Positions 1-9,238 of a stretch of 64,000 nucleotides of DNA are shown here, piece after piece (the first letter of the stretch is position 1; every line of letters starts with the position of its first letter). Below the pieces are notes generated by a model, which worked only from the letters and a program-made list of their open reading frames with translations, was not told the origin of the DNA and ran no database searches. Source of the stretch: Roseibacillus sp. (lineage in GTDB: Bacteria > Verrucomicrobiota > Verrucomicrobiia > Verrucomicrobiales > Akkermansiaceae); assembly GCA_046581525.1 (NCBI GenBank), contig JAYGGC010000278.1, positions 7,740 to 71,739 on the forward strand, read 5' to 3'. Position numbers and translations under genes: made by a program.

Positions 1-63
1 GGCGCTGCGGCTGGCAAGACGCAAGCCGCGGTCGTCATGTTCGAGAACTACGAGTATTCGCAT
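1..63 (-). CDS. etfA: Electron transfer flavoprotein alpha subunit, first 21 codons only (runs off the window edge)
   Basis: Reverse-strand ATG at 61-63 gives MRILVVLEHDDRGLRLASRSA, a typical EtfA N-terminus. It starts 10 nt after the etfB stop. Confidence 0.6.
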   Translation of the reverse strand, partial: MRILVVLEHDDRGLRLASRSA

Positions 64-72
64 GGTTGTTTG

Positions 73-834
73 TTAGAGTACGCCGGCTTCGTCGCGCAGC
101 TTGGCCACCAGTTCCGCCACGCTGGAAACCCGAACGCAGTTGCGCTTCGAGACCAGGGTTTCCAATTCGAGATTCCGGACTCGCGGCTCGAGCGCGACTC
201 CGAGCTCCGCACAGGGCACGCGGTCGACTGGTTTGCGCTTGGCCTTCATGATGGCCGGGAGCGACGCGTAGCGCGGCTCGTTCAGGCGCAGGTCGACCGT
301 GATGACGGCGGGAAGCTCCATGGAGACGGTCTCGATTCCCATGTCCGTCTCACGGGTCACGCGCACGCGGCCGGCGTCAAACTCGATCTTCGAAGCAAAG
401 GTCGCCTGCGGCCAATCGAGGAGGGCCGCGAGAAACTGTCCGGCCTGGTTGCTGTCGTCATCCACCGCCTGCTTGCCCATCAGGATCAATTCGCATTGCT
501 CGCGCTCCACCACGGCCTGGAGAATCCGCGCCACGTTCCACGGATCAGGCGCGGTGTCGCACTCGACCAGGAGGGCCCGGTCGGCGCCCATGGCCATGGC
601 GGTGCGCAATTCCTTCTCGTAAGCCTCCCCACCGATTCCCACCGCCACGACCTCCACCTCGTCGGCCCCGGCGCGGTTCTCGTCGCGGATGCGCAGGGCC
701 TCTTCGATCGCAATGGCGTCGAAGGGGTTGACCACGAAGGGCAGCTCATCTTCCTCGATGGCCTGCCCCGACGCCGCGATGCGAATGCGCTGGTCGGGAT
801 CCGGAACCCGCTTGGTTGGAACAAGAATCTTCAT
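73..834 (-). CDS. etfB: Electron transfer flavoprotein beta subunit
   Basis: The 253-aa ORF (MKILVPTKRVPDPDQRIRI...VAVGIGG...LILMGKQAVDDDSNQ) resembles the EtfB/FixA family over its full length. Confidence 0.9.
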   Translation of the reverse strand: MKILVPTKRVPDPDQRIRIAASGQAIEEDELPFVVNPFDAIAIEEALRIRDENRAGADEVEVVAVGIGGEAYEKELRTAMAMGADRALLVECDTAPDPWNVARILQAVVEREQCELILMGKQAVDDDSNQAGQFLAALLDWPQATFASKIEFDAGRVRVTRETDMGIETVSMELPAVITVDLRLNEPRYASLPAIMKAKRKPVDRVPCAELGVALEPRVRNLELETLVSKRNCVRVSSVAELVAKLRDEAGVL

Positions 835-843
835 TGGAAATTG

Positions 844-3318
844 TCAGGAGAGGATGCGCTCCCGCTTGGGATCGTAGAGACACCGGTCGTGCCGGGTGAC
901 CTGGATTTCGCGTCCGAAGGCCTCAATGACATAATCGGAGTGGACGGCCTCCGCGGGCGGCAGGTAGGCGAACGCAATCGTCTTGCCGATGGTATGGCCG
1001 AATCCACCGCTCGTGACAATCCCCAGTACCTTCCCCTCGCGGGAAATCGGCTCCGAACCGTACAGTTCGACTTCTTCTTCGAGAGTGAAGAAGCACATGC
1101 GCCAGGCGGGCCCCTCCTTCACAATCTTCGCCAAGGCACTGCGCCCGATGAAGTCCTTCTTCAGGTGGACGTTGAACCCCAACCCGGCGTCGTAAGGCGT
1201 GTAGTCGGTGGTGAGGTCGCCGCTCCAATAGAAGTAACCCTTCTCGAGACGACAGGACTCGAGGGAGCGGTAGCCGGCGTCGGCAATCCCGAATTCCTCC
1301 CCGGCTTCCCAGAGCTTCTCGTAAACATAGGCGGTGTACTCGACCGGAATGTGCAGTTCCCATCCGAGTTCGCCGTGATAGCTGACCCGCAGCGCGAGGG
1401 CCGGTGCCGAACCGATGTAGATTTCCCGGCCCGTGCCGAACGGGAAGCCCCCGTTGCTGACATCCTCCCTGGTGACCTTCTCCAACACCTGCCGTGCCCT
1501 GGGGCCGCAGAGATTCAGGACCCCGCGGGACGAGGTCACGTCGTAGGCAACAACCGCCTGGCCTGGTTCGATGTGGTTCACAATCCAGCTCAGGTCGTGG
1601 GCGGCAAAGGCCGTCCCGGTCACGAGATAGAACTCTTCCTCCCCGGTGCGCGAGATGGTCAGGTCACACTCGATGCCACCCTTCCCATTGCACATCTGGG
1701 TGTAGGCCAGGCTACCGGGCGGCCGGTCGATGTTCCGCGTTGCAAGTCGTTGCAGGAGGGCGAGCGCATCCGGCCCCCGCACCTCGATCTTGCCGAAGGA
1801 AGTCTGGTCGAGGAGGACGACCTTCTCGCGGATCGCCTTCACCTCCCGCCCGACGTGCTCGTGCCAGTTTGGACGGCCCCACGCCATGATTTCCTCGGGC
1901 TCGACTCCCTCCGGAGCGAACCACTGGGCCCGTTCCCAGCCGCTTTTCTCGCCAAAGGCGGCCCGCTTTTGCTCAAGCACGTGGTAGAGCGGACTGCGTC
2001 GCAGCGAGCGCTCGTTTTGGTTGTGATAGTGCGGCCACGAAATCTTGTAGTGCTTCGAGTAGTGCTCCCGGCTTCGCTCTGCCACGAAATGGGAACTCCG
2101 ATTGTGGCGACTGCCAAAGCGCCGAATATCGAGGGCATGGATATCGAGGCTTGGTTCACCGTCGAGGACCCACTCCGCGATCATCCGGCCGCTCCCGCCC
2201 GCCCCCGCAATCCCGAAACAGTTCATGCCGGTCGCGACGAAGAAATTGGGAATCTCCACCGACGGCCCGAGCAAGAAATTCCCATCCGGGGTGTAGGCAT
2301 CCGGCCCGTTGATAAGCTGCTTCACGCCCGCCGTTTCGAGGCATGGCGTGCGCTTCAATGCCGGGTTGAATAGAAACTCGAACTGGTCGAAGTCCGGTTC
2401 CAGCAGTTGCGTCACGAAGTCCCACGGGATGTCGTCCACCTTCCACAGGATCGGCTCGGTTTCGAATCCCCCCATGATCAATCCCCCGACTTCGCTCCGG
2501 TAGTAGACGAAATTATCCGGGTCGCGCGTGACCGGAAGATCGCGGGCCACCCCCTTGATTTCCTCGGTGACCATGTATTGGTGCTCGAAGGAAGCTACCG
2601 GCACGTTCACTCCGGCCATCTTCCCCACCCGTCGGGCCCACATCCCGGTGCAGTTCACCACCGTCTCGCAGGCGATGTTCCCCTTTTCGGTCTGGACTTC
2701 CGTGACGCGTCCCTTGCTCACGGTAAATCCGGTCACCCGAGTGTTGCGGATGATTCGTCCCCCGTTCGTCCGGCCTCCCTTGGCCAGCGCCTGGGTGAGC
2801 ATGGAGGGATCCGCGTAGCCGTCGGTCGGCAGGAAGACCCCGCCATGCACACCGGCAGGATCCATGATGGGAAACAAATCCGCGCACTCCTTGGTGCTCA
2901 GAGTGTGAATATCCAATCCAAAGCCCAAACCCATGGTGGCCGATTTTCGGAGCTCCTCCATGCGCGCCTCCGAGGAAGCCAGGCGCAGGCCGCCCACTCC
3001 GCTCCAACCGGTCGATTGTCCCGTCTCCGCTTCCAGCCCCTGGTAGAGTTCGACGCTGTACTGGATCATGCGGGTCAGGTTGCGCGACGGTCGCAGTTGC
3101 CCGACCAATCCCGCGGCATGCCAGGTCGCGCCGCTCGTCAGTTCGTTCTTGTCCAGCAGGACGACGTCCTTGCACCCCATTTTGGTCAGGTGGTAGAGGA
3201 CGCTGCAGCCTACCACTCCCCCACCCACGATCACCACTTGGGCCGAGGACGGAAAGCTCTCCTTACTGCCGGAGGACTCGGAACTTGATGTGCGGTTCGC
3301 TGCGTCAACCTCTGCCAT
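844..3318 (-). CDS. Dimethylglycine/sarcosine dehydrogenase-like FAD oxidoreductase fused to a GcvT-type (aminomethyltransferase, folate-binding) domain
   Basis: The ORF spans 844-3429. The likely start is the ATG at 3318 (MAEVDAANR), just before VVIVGGGVVGCS. It has the TSGATWHAAGL covalent-flavin motif. The C-terminal half is GcvT-like (YHGELGWELH, GYRSLESCRLEKGY). It lies immediately upstream of etfBA. Confidence 0.85.
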   Translation of the reverse strand: MAEVDAANRTSSSESSGSKESFPSSAQVVIVGGGVVGCSVLYHLTKMGCKDVVLLDKNELTSGATWHAAGLVGQLRPSRNLTRMIQYSVELYQGLEAETGQSTGWSGVGGLRLASSEARMEELRKSATMGLGFGLDIHTLSTKECADLFPIMDPAGVHGGVFLPTDGYADPSMLTQALAKGGRTNGGRIIRNTRVTGFTVSKGRVTEVQTEKGNIACETVVNCTGMWARRVGKMAGVNVPVASFEHQYMVTEEIKGVARDLPVTRDPDNFVYYRSEVGGLIMGGFETEPILWKVDDIPWDFVTQLLEPDFDQFEFLFNPALKRTPCLETAGVKQLINGPDAYTPDGNFLLGPSVEIPNFFVATGMNCFGIAGAGGSGRMIAEWVLDGEPSLDIHALDIRRFGSRHNRSSHFVAERSREHYSKHYKISWPHYHNQNERSLRRSPLYHVLEQKRAAFGEKSGWERAQWFAPEGVEPEEIMAWGRPNWHEHVGREVKAIREKVVLLDQTSFGKIEVRGPDALALLQRLATRNIDRPPGSLAYTQMCNGKGGIECDLTISRTGEEEFYLVTGTAFAAHDLSWIVNHIEPGQAVVAYDVTSSRGVLNLCGPRARQVLEKVTREDVSNGGFPFGTGREIYIGSAPALALRVSYHGELGWELHIPVEYTAYVYEKLWEAGEEFGIADAGYRSLESCRLEKGYFYWSGDLTTDYTPYDAGLGFNVHLKKDFIGRSALAKIVKEGPAWRMCFFTLEEEVELYGSEPISREGKVLGIVTSGGFGHTIGKTIAFAYLPPAEAVHSDYVIEAFGREIQVTRHDRCLYDPKRERILS

Positions 3319-3377
3319 GCATGTGATCCTCTCGGGTTCGCCGCAGTCTTGCAGGTTGCCAATCACCCCGCCAAGGT

Positions 3378-3407
3378 ATTTATGCAATATTACCTTGCGA
3401 AATAAAT
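3378..3407. promoter_or_regulatory. Imperfect palindrome in the divergent promoter region between the flavoenzyme gene and phnA
   Basis: ATTTATGCAA (3378-3387) faces TTGCgaaATAAAT (3395-3407) in the AT-rich core of a 140-bp divergent gap. Confidence 0.2.
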
Positions 3408-3458
3408 CCCTGTCACGACTCTCCCCCACGCCGCCAGAGCGCAGCGATTCGAGCCGAC

Positions 3459-4706
3459 ATGACTTCTTCAGAATTCGCCTGCAACGGTCGCACTTATGCG
3501 CCTCCCGACCGACCCCTCGCGGTGATCTGCATCGACGGATGCGCCGACGAATACCTCTCGGTCTCGCTCGCCCGGGGCGTCATGCCGCGCACCGCGAGCC
3601 TGATCGAGAACGGTTACCGCGGGATGGTGCGCGGAGCTCTCCCCTCCTTCACCAACGTCAATAATACCGCCATCGTCACCGGCCTCCCGCCCAGCGAGAC
3701 CGGCATTTGCGGAAACTTCTTCCTCAATCCCGAGACCGGCGAGGAGGTCATGATGAACTCGCCGGAGTTCAGGCGCTGCGGCACCCTCCTCACCGCCGCC
3801 GCCGACGCCGGGCGCAAGGTCGCCTTCATCACGGCCAAGGAGAAGCTGCGCACCGTCCTCGGCGATGGGATCGTGGAGCGTGGCGGAATCGTCTTCTCCT
3901 CCGAGAAAGTCGATGAGGCCCGCCTCGACACCCACGGCGTCGACAACGCCCAGGACCTCATCGGCAAGCCCCGCCCTGAGATCTATTCCGGCGACGCCTC
4001 GGTCTACGTCCTCGAAGCCGGAGCCGCACTTGTCGAACAAGACCGCGCCGACTTCCTCTACCTCTCCCTGAGCGACTTCATGCAGCACAAGTTCGCACCG
4101 GAAGACGCGGAAAGCCTGGAGTTCTATCGCAACCTCGACACGCAGATCGGCCGTCTCCTCGATGCCGGCTGTCTCGTGGCCGCCACCGCGGACCACGGGA
4201 TGAACGCGAAGAACAAAGCCGATGGCAGCCCCAACATCATCTTCGTGGAGAGTATTCTCACCGAACAGTTCGGCGGCGGCATCCGGGTCATCTGTCCCAT
4301 CACCGATCCCTACGTCGTCCATCATGGCGCTCTCGGATCGCTCGTGATGGTGCATCTCGACGATCCCACCCGCGCCGACGAAATCGCCGAGTTCCTCATG
4401 GCCCAGGACGGCATCACGGAAGTCCACTCCCGCGAGAGGGCTGCCCGGAAGCTTGAACTCGCTCCCGATCGCATCGGCGATCTGTGTGTCCTCTCCGCGC
4501 GCGATGTGGTGGTCGGCAAGACGCCCGCCGATCACGATCTCTCGGTCCTCCACGGGGGTCTGCGCTCCCATGGCGGGCGCTACGAAGAGATGGTTCCCCT
4601 CTTCGTTTCCGAGCCCCTGACCGATGCTTACCTCGACCTCGTCCGCCGCGATCCGCGAAACTTCGACATCTTTGATATCGCCTGCAACGGTAGTGCCCGG
4701 GTCTAA
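3459..4706 (+). CDS. phnA: Phosphonoacetate hydrolase (alkaline phosphatase superfamily)
   Basis: The 415-aa ORF matches remembered PhnA motifs: VICIDGC..EY, PSFTNVNN..IVTG, GICGNFF, TADHGMNAK, ITDPYVVHHGALGS, DRIGDL, LRSHGG. Confidence 0.85.
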   Translation: MTSSEFACNGRTYAPPDRPLAVICIDGCADEYLSVSLARGVMPRTASLIENGYRGMVRGALPSFTNVNNTAIVTGLPPSETGICGNFFLNPETGEEVMMNSPEFRRCGTLLTAAADAGRKVAFITAKEKLRTVLGDGIVERGGIVFSSEKVDEARLDTHGVDNAQDLIGKPRPEIYSGDASVYVLEAGAALVEQDRADFLYLSLSDFMQHKFAPEDAESLEFYRNLDTQIGRLLDAGCLVAATADHGMNAKNKADGSPNIIFVESILTEQFGGGIRVICPITDPYVVHHGALGSLVMVHLDDPTRADEIAEFLMAQDGITEVHSRERAARKLELAPDRIGDLCVLSARDVVVGKTPADHDLSVLHGGLRSHGGRYEEMVPLFVSEPLTDAYLDLVRRDPRNFDIFDIACNGSARV

Positions 4707-4752
4707 GACCGCCACCGGCATCTCAACCCTGAATACTGAATACTGGTTCTCC

Positions 4753-6169
4753 ATGGACCTTCCCGCCTACATCAACGGAACCGCGGTCGAGACCGGCGAA
4801 AAGCTCGAGGTTCGCTATCCTTGGGACAACAGCTTGACCGGAACGGCCGCCCTGATCGGCCCCGAACACCTCGAGCAGGCGATCACGAGCGCCCTCGCGG
4901 GACACGTGGAACCCCTCACCCGTCATGAGCGGTTCACCATCCTGCGTCGCGCCGCCGAACTTGTCGCCGAGCACCGCGAAGAGCTGGCCGCCCTCATCTG
5001 CCGGGAAACGGGACTTTGCATTCGCGACGCCCGCTACGAAACGGGGCGCACCTTCCGACGTGCTCGAGTTCGCGGCCATCGAAGCCATCCGCGACGATGG
5101 CCAGGTCTTCTCCTGCGACATCTCCCCCCACGGAAAGTCGCGCAAGATCTTCACCACGCGCCAGCCGGTGAGACTGGTGGCGGCCATCACCCCCTTCAAC
5201 CATCCTCTCAACCAGGTCGTGCACAAGATCACGCCCGCGATCGCAGCTGGCGCACCCATGATCCTGAAGCCCAGCGACAAGACGCCCCTCACCGCGCTCA
5301 AAGTCGCCGAGCTTCTCTATGAAGCCGGTCTCCCGGGCTGGATGCTGAGCGTCTTCGTGGGGCCGATCGACACCGTGGTCACTCCCCTGATCACCGATGA
5401 GCGCGTCGAACTGGTGTCCTTTACCGGCTCGGTCGAAGTCGGGAAACAGATCGCCAATGCTGCGGGATACAAAAAGCTCTGCCTCGAACTGGGCGGCAAC
5501 TCTCCTCTCATCATTCTGGACGATGCCGACCTCGACCTCGCGGTCCATCTCGCTGCCGAAGGGGCCTTCCGCAATAGTGGGCAACGTTGCACCGCCGTGA
5601 AACGGCTTCTCGTGCAGGAGGGCATCCTCGATGCTTTCACCACGAAGTTTGTTGCGAAGGCGGCCACCTACCTCGCTGGCGACCCGGAAGACGAGTCCAC
5701 CATCGTCGGGACCGTCATCGATGAAGAATCTGCCGCCACCCTTGAAGCGCGCGTGCAGGCCGCGGAGGAGGACGGTGCCAAAGTCCTCATCGGCGGCGCG
5801 CGCCGCGGCGCCCTGATGGCGCCCACCGTGCTGGCCAACGTCTCGCGCCAGAGTGAAATCGTGGTCAAGGAAAGCTTCGGCACCCTCGCCCCCATCATCC
5901 CGATCCGGGATCTCGCTGCCGCCATCGCTTACAATAATTCCGGACCCTTCGCCCTGAGCACCGGCATCGTCACTACCAACCTCGACCTTGCCATGCGGGC
6001 CTGCAAGGAGCTGCAGGCGGGCACCACCAATGTCAACGAAGTCCCCGGCTACCGCCTCGAGATGACCCCATTCGGCGGCCTCAAGGACTCCGGCCTCGGC
6101 ATCAAGGAAGGGGTGTCCGAGGCCGTCAAGTTCATGACCAACACGAAGACGTTTTCCTTGCCGTGGTGA
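4753..6169 (+). pseudogene. phnY: Aldehyde dehydrogenase family, phosphonoacetaldehyde dehydrogenase-like, interrupted by a +1 frame change near 5047-5056
   Basis: The N-terminal part (MDLPAYINGTAVETGEKLEVRYPWDN...ICRETGLCIRDARYETGR) is in frame 1 from the ATG at 4753. The rest (SDVLEFAAIEAIRDDG...ELGGNSP...FRNSGQRCTAVKR...EVPGYRLEMTPFGGLKDSGLG) is in frame 2 and ends at 6169. Confidence 0.7.
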
Positions 6170-6185
6170 GTTGATCTTCCGGGGA

Positions 6186-6836
6186 TCAGGGGGCACTGAA
6201 AACAGCTCTCATAAACTGCCTGTCATCGAACGACGCTGGCGTGGCACTGCGCCAGGTGGCGGTGGCGGTTCCGTCGCCAGGAAAGATGGTGCGCGGTGAA
6301 GCCCGGCCCGCTGTCCCAGAGTTCCAACCCTCGCGAGAATTCGACAGTGGTGGTCACCTGCGCCGCCAGGCTGTAGGCAAAAGGAGATCACATTCTCCTG
6401 GCCCGGCGTGCCCCCGGCCACTCCACTCGCTGCCCAACTGGACGAATCGTTGTGTTCGGGACTGACGCCGGGAGCGGTCAACACCAGGGACACTCCGCTT
6501 CCCGCGGCCTCCACCGGCCACGGCGCGAGATTGTCGTAGGTGAACTCGATGAGCGCCGTGCCGAGGATGTTGGAAACCCGAACCTGTTCCCCGCCATCAT
6601 CCAGCTTGCCGGTATACTGACCCGCAACAGGGAGCCCCATTCCATAGCGAAACTCGAAGGCCGCGAGGTCTTCGACCGCAAGGCGAGAACTGGAAACATG
6701 GGGAGAGGGAGGATTTAGTCGCAGGCTTGGGGGACTCGGCCTGCGGGGAGGCATCGATGTTGTGCCCTCGGAAGAGATTTTCCACATTGCTCCGCTAAAT
6801 CCAAGGTCGAACTGGGCAGCCAGCCGACTCGCTGGG
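6186..6836 (-). pseudogene. Decayed C-terminal remnant of a lamin-tail-domain-like secreted protein
   Basis: Only the second half of the LTD-like pattern is present (FEFRYGMGLPVAGQYTGKLDDGGEQVRVSN...IEFTYDNLAPWPVEAAGSGVSLVL...WAASGVAGGTPGQEN). A protein-like tail (IFPGDGTATATWRSATPASFDDRQFMRAVFSAP*) continues in another reverse frame. There is no plausible N-terminus. Confidence 0.4.
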
Positions 6837-8948
6837 CTACTCCCCACCATCGACGCGAAAGAGGCTCACCGTTCCATTACGATTTCCCGTCGCCAACATT
6901 GTTCCGTTCCCACTGAAGGTGAGAGTTTTCGGCGAGTGTCCATCGGACAGCTGCTGGAGGACGTGCAACTTGCGATTCCGCACTTCCCCAATGACCACCT
7001 TGGCATTCGATTCCCGACCCACGATCGCAGCCCAGTAGCGTCCCAGGGGATCGCCCGCGAACGCCGTGACGTCTTCCTTGAACTCGTGGAGTGTTTCCAA
7101 CTCCCCTTCCAACTGGGCGGTTCGGATCTTGGACTTGATCCGCTTGAGACGGAAGGCCACCTCGGGATCATCGGGCTTGATCTGCTCGAGCAGGGGCAGA
7201 ATTTTCGTTCCGCGAGCAATGAGGGTCTTGGTGGCTGCGTCTCGCTCGGAATACTTCTCCGCCACCAACTCGGCGATCAGTATTTCGATCTCTTCCCGGG
7301 ACAAGTTCCCTTCCGCCACAACCACCGGGGCCAACCAGCCCCAGAGCTCCGGCTCGTTTGCCGTGATGAGGAACGAGCGCCCGTCACCAAGCACCACCGC
7401 CCCATAAAGATTATCATCCACCGCGGAAAAAGAGCGTAGTTGTTTTCCGGTCTCAAGCTCCCACATGCGCGCAGTCTTGTCGTCGGAGGCAGTTACCAGG
7501 ATCATCGAGTCCCTCGATACCGCCACCGAGTTGATGTCGTTGGTGTGGCCTTCGAACGATCGCAGCTTTTTCCCCGTCGCAGTTTCCCACAAGTGGACCT
7601 TTTCATCGGCGCCACCGGCGATCACCCAGGCCCCGCTCTTGGCAAAGATCACCTGCTCGATGCTGCCCTCCGCCGGGAGCTCCCGCACGACCGCGCCGGT
7701 TTTGGTTGATCGCAACCGAACCGCCCCGCCCTGACCACCCGTCGCAAGGAGCTCACCGTTCGGCGAGGCCACCATCGTCTCGATGGTGGTCTGCACTTCA
7801 AAACTCTTCACAACCTTCCCGCCGGCGGTGTCCCAAACCTGGATGACCTTGTCGCTGCCCACCGCGTAGACCAGATCGCCGCTTCGAGAGAGCGCAACCG
7901 TCTCAACCCCGAACCGTACCTTCGGGTCTCCAGCGGGGGGCACGATGCGCTTTCCGCTCGCCGCCTTGTGCCGGTAAAGCATGTTGTCGCCCCCTGAAAT
8001 GAGTTCCTTGCCGTCGCTGGTAAACGAGATGGGCGTATGATAGCCGTGCGGGACTGCGATCTTCTTCAATTCCTTCCCGCTCTCCGCATTGAAGACGTAG
8101 AGGAACTTGTCTTCGCAGGCGGTTGCGAGACGCGTTCCATCCGGCGACCAGCAGACCACATTGAGGTCGTCTTCAAATTCGGACTTCCACAGCAGCTTGA
8201 GTGTCTCCGATTCGAAGAGACGCAACTTGTCGTCGCCGGAACACATCGCGAACTGCGATCCGTCAGGCGAGGGCCGAATGGTAAAGACATCGCCCAGATC
8301 CTTCTCGTAGGTGCGCTCGCATTTCCCCGATTCCACATCCCAGACCTTCAGTTTGCCATCGCTGGCTCCGGTGAGCAGGCGCTTGCCATCCGAGATGAAC
8401 ATCGCGGTGTAGACGGAGTCGGTGTGTCCGCGAAAGGTTCGGACCTTCTTGCCGGTTTCCAGGTTCCAGAGCACCGCGAGGTTCTTGTTGTCCGTCGCCA
8501 CGAACTCCTTGCCATCCGGGCGGAGGGCGATCCGAAAGACGCTACCGGTGTGCTTGTAACTCATCACCTCCCTGCCCGTGGCGAGCTCCCAGCGCGTGAC
8601 GAAACCCCCTCCCCCGGCGGTGAGGATCTCCTTCTCGCCGGGCAGCACGACGGTGCCCCACACATCGTTGGCGTCGTCCCGGATGAAGCGACGAAGCTCT
8701 TCACCCGACTTCAGGTCCCAGAGACGAGCCGTTCCATCCCGCGCGCTGCTGAGGAAGCGCTCGCCGTCCGAGAGCATCACAATTTCAGAGAGTGAGCCCG
8801 CATGGTGGAAGCCCGATTCGCCGACCACACGGACCGCAGTGAGCACCTCTCCCGCGGGGGCGAGACCCACGCTCAGTGCCACCGCAGCGAAGATCAACGT
8901 CACCCGACCGGCTTCCTTCCCCGCCGACAGGGGTGGATCGAGGTACAT
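6837..8948 (-). CDS. Secreted WD40-repeat (double beta-propeller) protein
   Basis: The 703-aa ORF has an N-terminal hydrophobic signal and many WD-like repeats (GHTDSVYTAMFISDGKRLLTGASDGKLKVWD, GHTNDINSVAVSRDSMILVTASDDKTARMWE). Confidence 0.85.
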   Translation of the reverse strand: MYLDPPLSAGKEAGRVTLIFAAVALSVGLAPAGEVLTAVRVVGESGFHHAGSLSEIVMLSDGERFLSSARDGTARLWDLKSGEELRRFIRDDANDVWGTVVLPGEKEILTAGGGGFVTRWELATGREVMSYKHTGSVFRIALRPDGKEFVATDNKNLAVLWNLETGKKVRTFRGHTDSVYTAMFISDGKRLLTGASDGKLKVWDVESGKCERTYEKDLGDVFTIRPSPDGSQFAMCSGDDKLRLFESETLKLLWKSEFEDDLNVVCWSPDGTRLATACEDKFLYVFNAESGKELKKIAVPHGYHTPISFTSDGKELISGGDNMLYRHKAASGKRIVPPAGDPKVRFGVETVALSRSGDLVYAVGSDKVIQVWDTAGGKVVKSFEVQTTIETMVASPNGELLATGGQGGAVRLRSTKTGAVVRELPAEGSIEQVIFAKSGAWVIAGGADEKVHLWETATGKKLRSFEGHTNDINSVAVSRDSMILVTASDDKTARMWELETGKQLRSFSAVDDNLYGAVVLGDGRSFLITANEPELWGWLAPVVVAEGNLSREEIEILIAELVAEKYSERDAATKTLIARGTKILPLLEQIKPDDPEVAFRLKRIKSKIRTAQLEGELETLHEFKEDVTAFAGDPLGRYWAAIVGRESNAKVVIGEVRNRKLHVLQQLSDGHSPKTLTFSGNGTMLATGNRNGTVSLFRVDGGE

Positions 8949-9238
8949 GATTGGAACCTAGCCCAGACCTCCCATGGCTCAAGAGAATCCGCAGCGGCGG
9001 AGGCTCACCACCGCGAGACGAACCGCCTGCGGTATCCCGGACGAACTCACCCGTTCACAACGCCCTGAGAAACAAGACCCCCACAACGGTTGGCGAGGAC
9101 CTTCCGCCCCCTCGCCAAGAGCCCCGAAAGGGCTTGGGTTTAGGGTTGGCGGAGGGAGTTCCTCGCCTAGACTCCCCGCGTCCCCGCTCGGGTGCCTCTC
9201 GCGCCGGAGGCCCGGCGCAGCACCGGGCGACGGTCGAT

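Noticed and set aside
37-2373. Very long ORFs lie antisense to well-supported genes. They are 37-2373, 3468-4754, 4994-6196, 18820-20145, 19805-20971, 23421-25406, 25777-27678, 33063-34478, 39587-41803, 41900-43390, 45792-47042, 52534-53880, 53976-56348 and 60896-62101.
   Set aside because: All are opposite-strand shadows of genes with clear family motifs. Their translations are R/G/P/A-rich low-complexity sequence with no recognisable domains. Stop-free antisense frames are expected in high-GC DNA.
8951-9238. Several ORFs have upstream run-on parts: 8951-9238, 12891-13166, 30250-30618, 30458-30643, 47020-47679, 26019-26099 and 3319-3429.
   Set aside because: In each case an internal ATG gives a canonical signal peptide or N-terminus. 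The upstream extension is low-complexity and overlaps promoter gaps or neighbouring genes.
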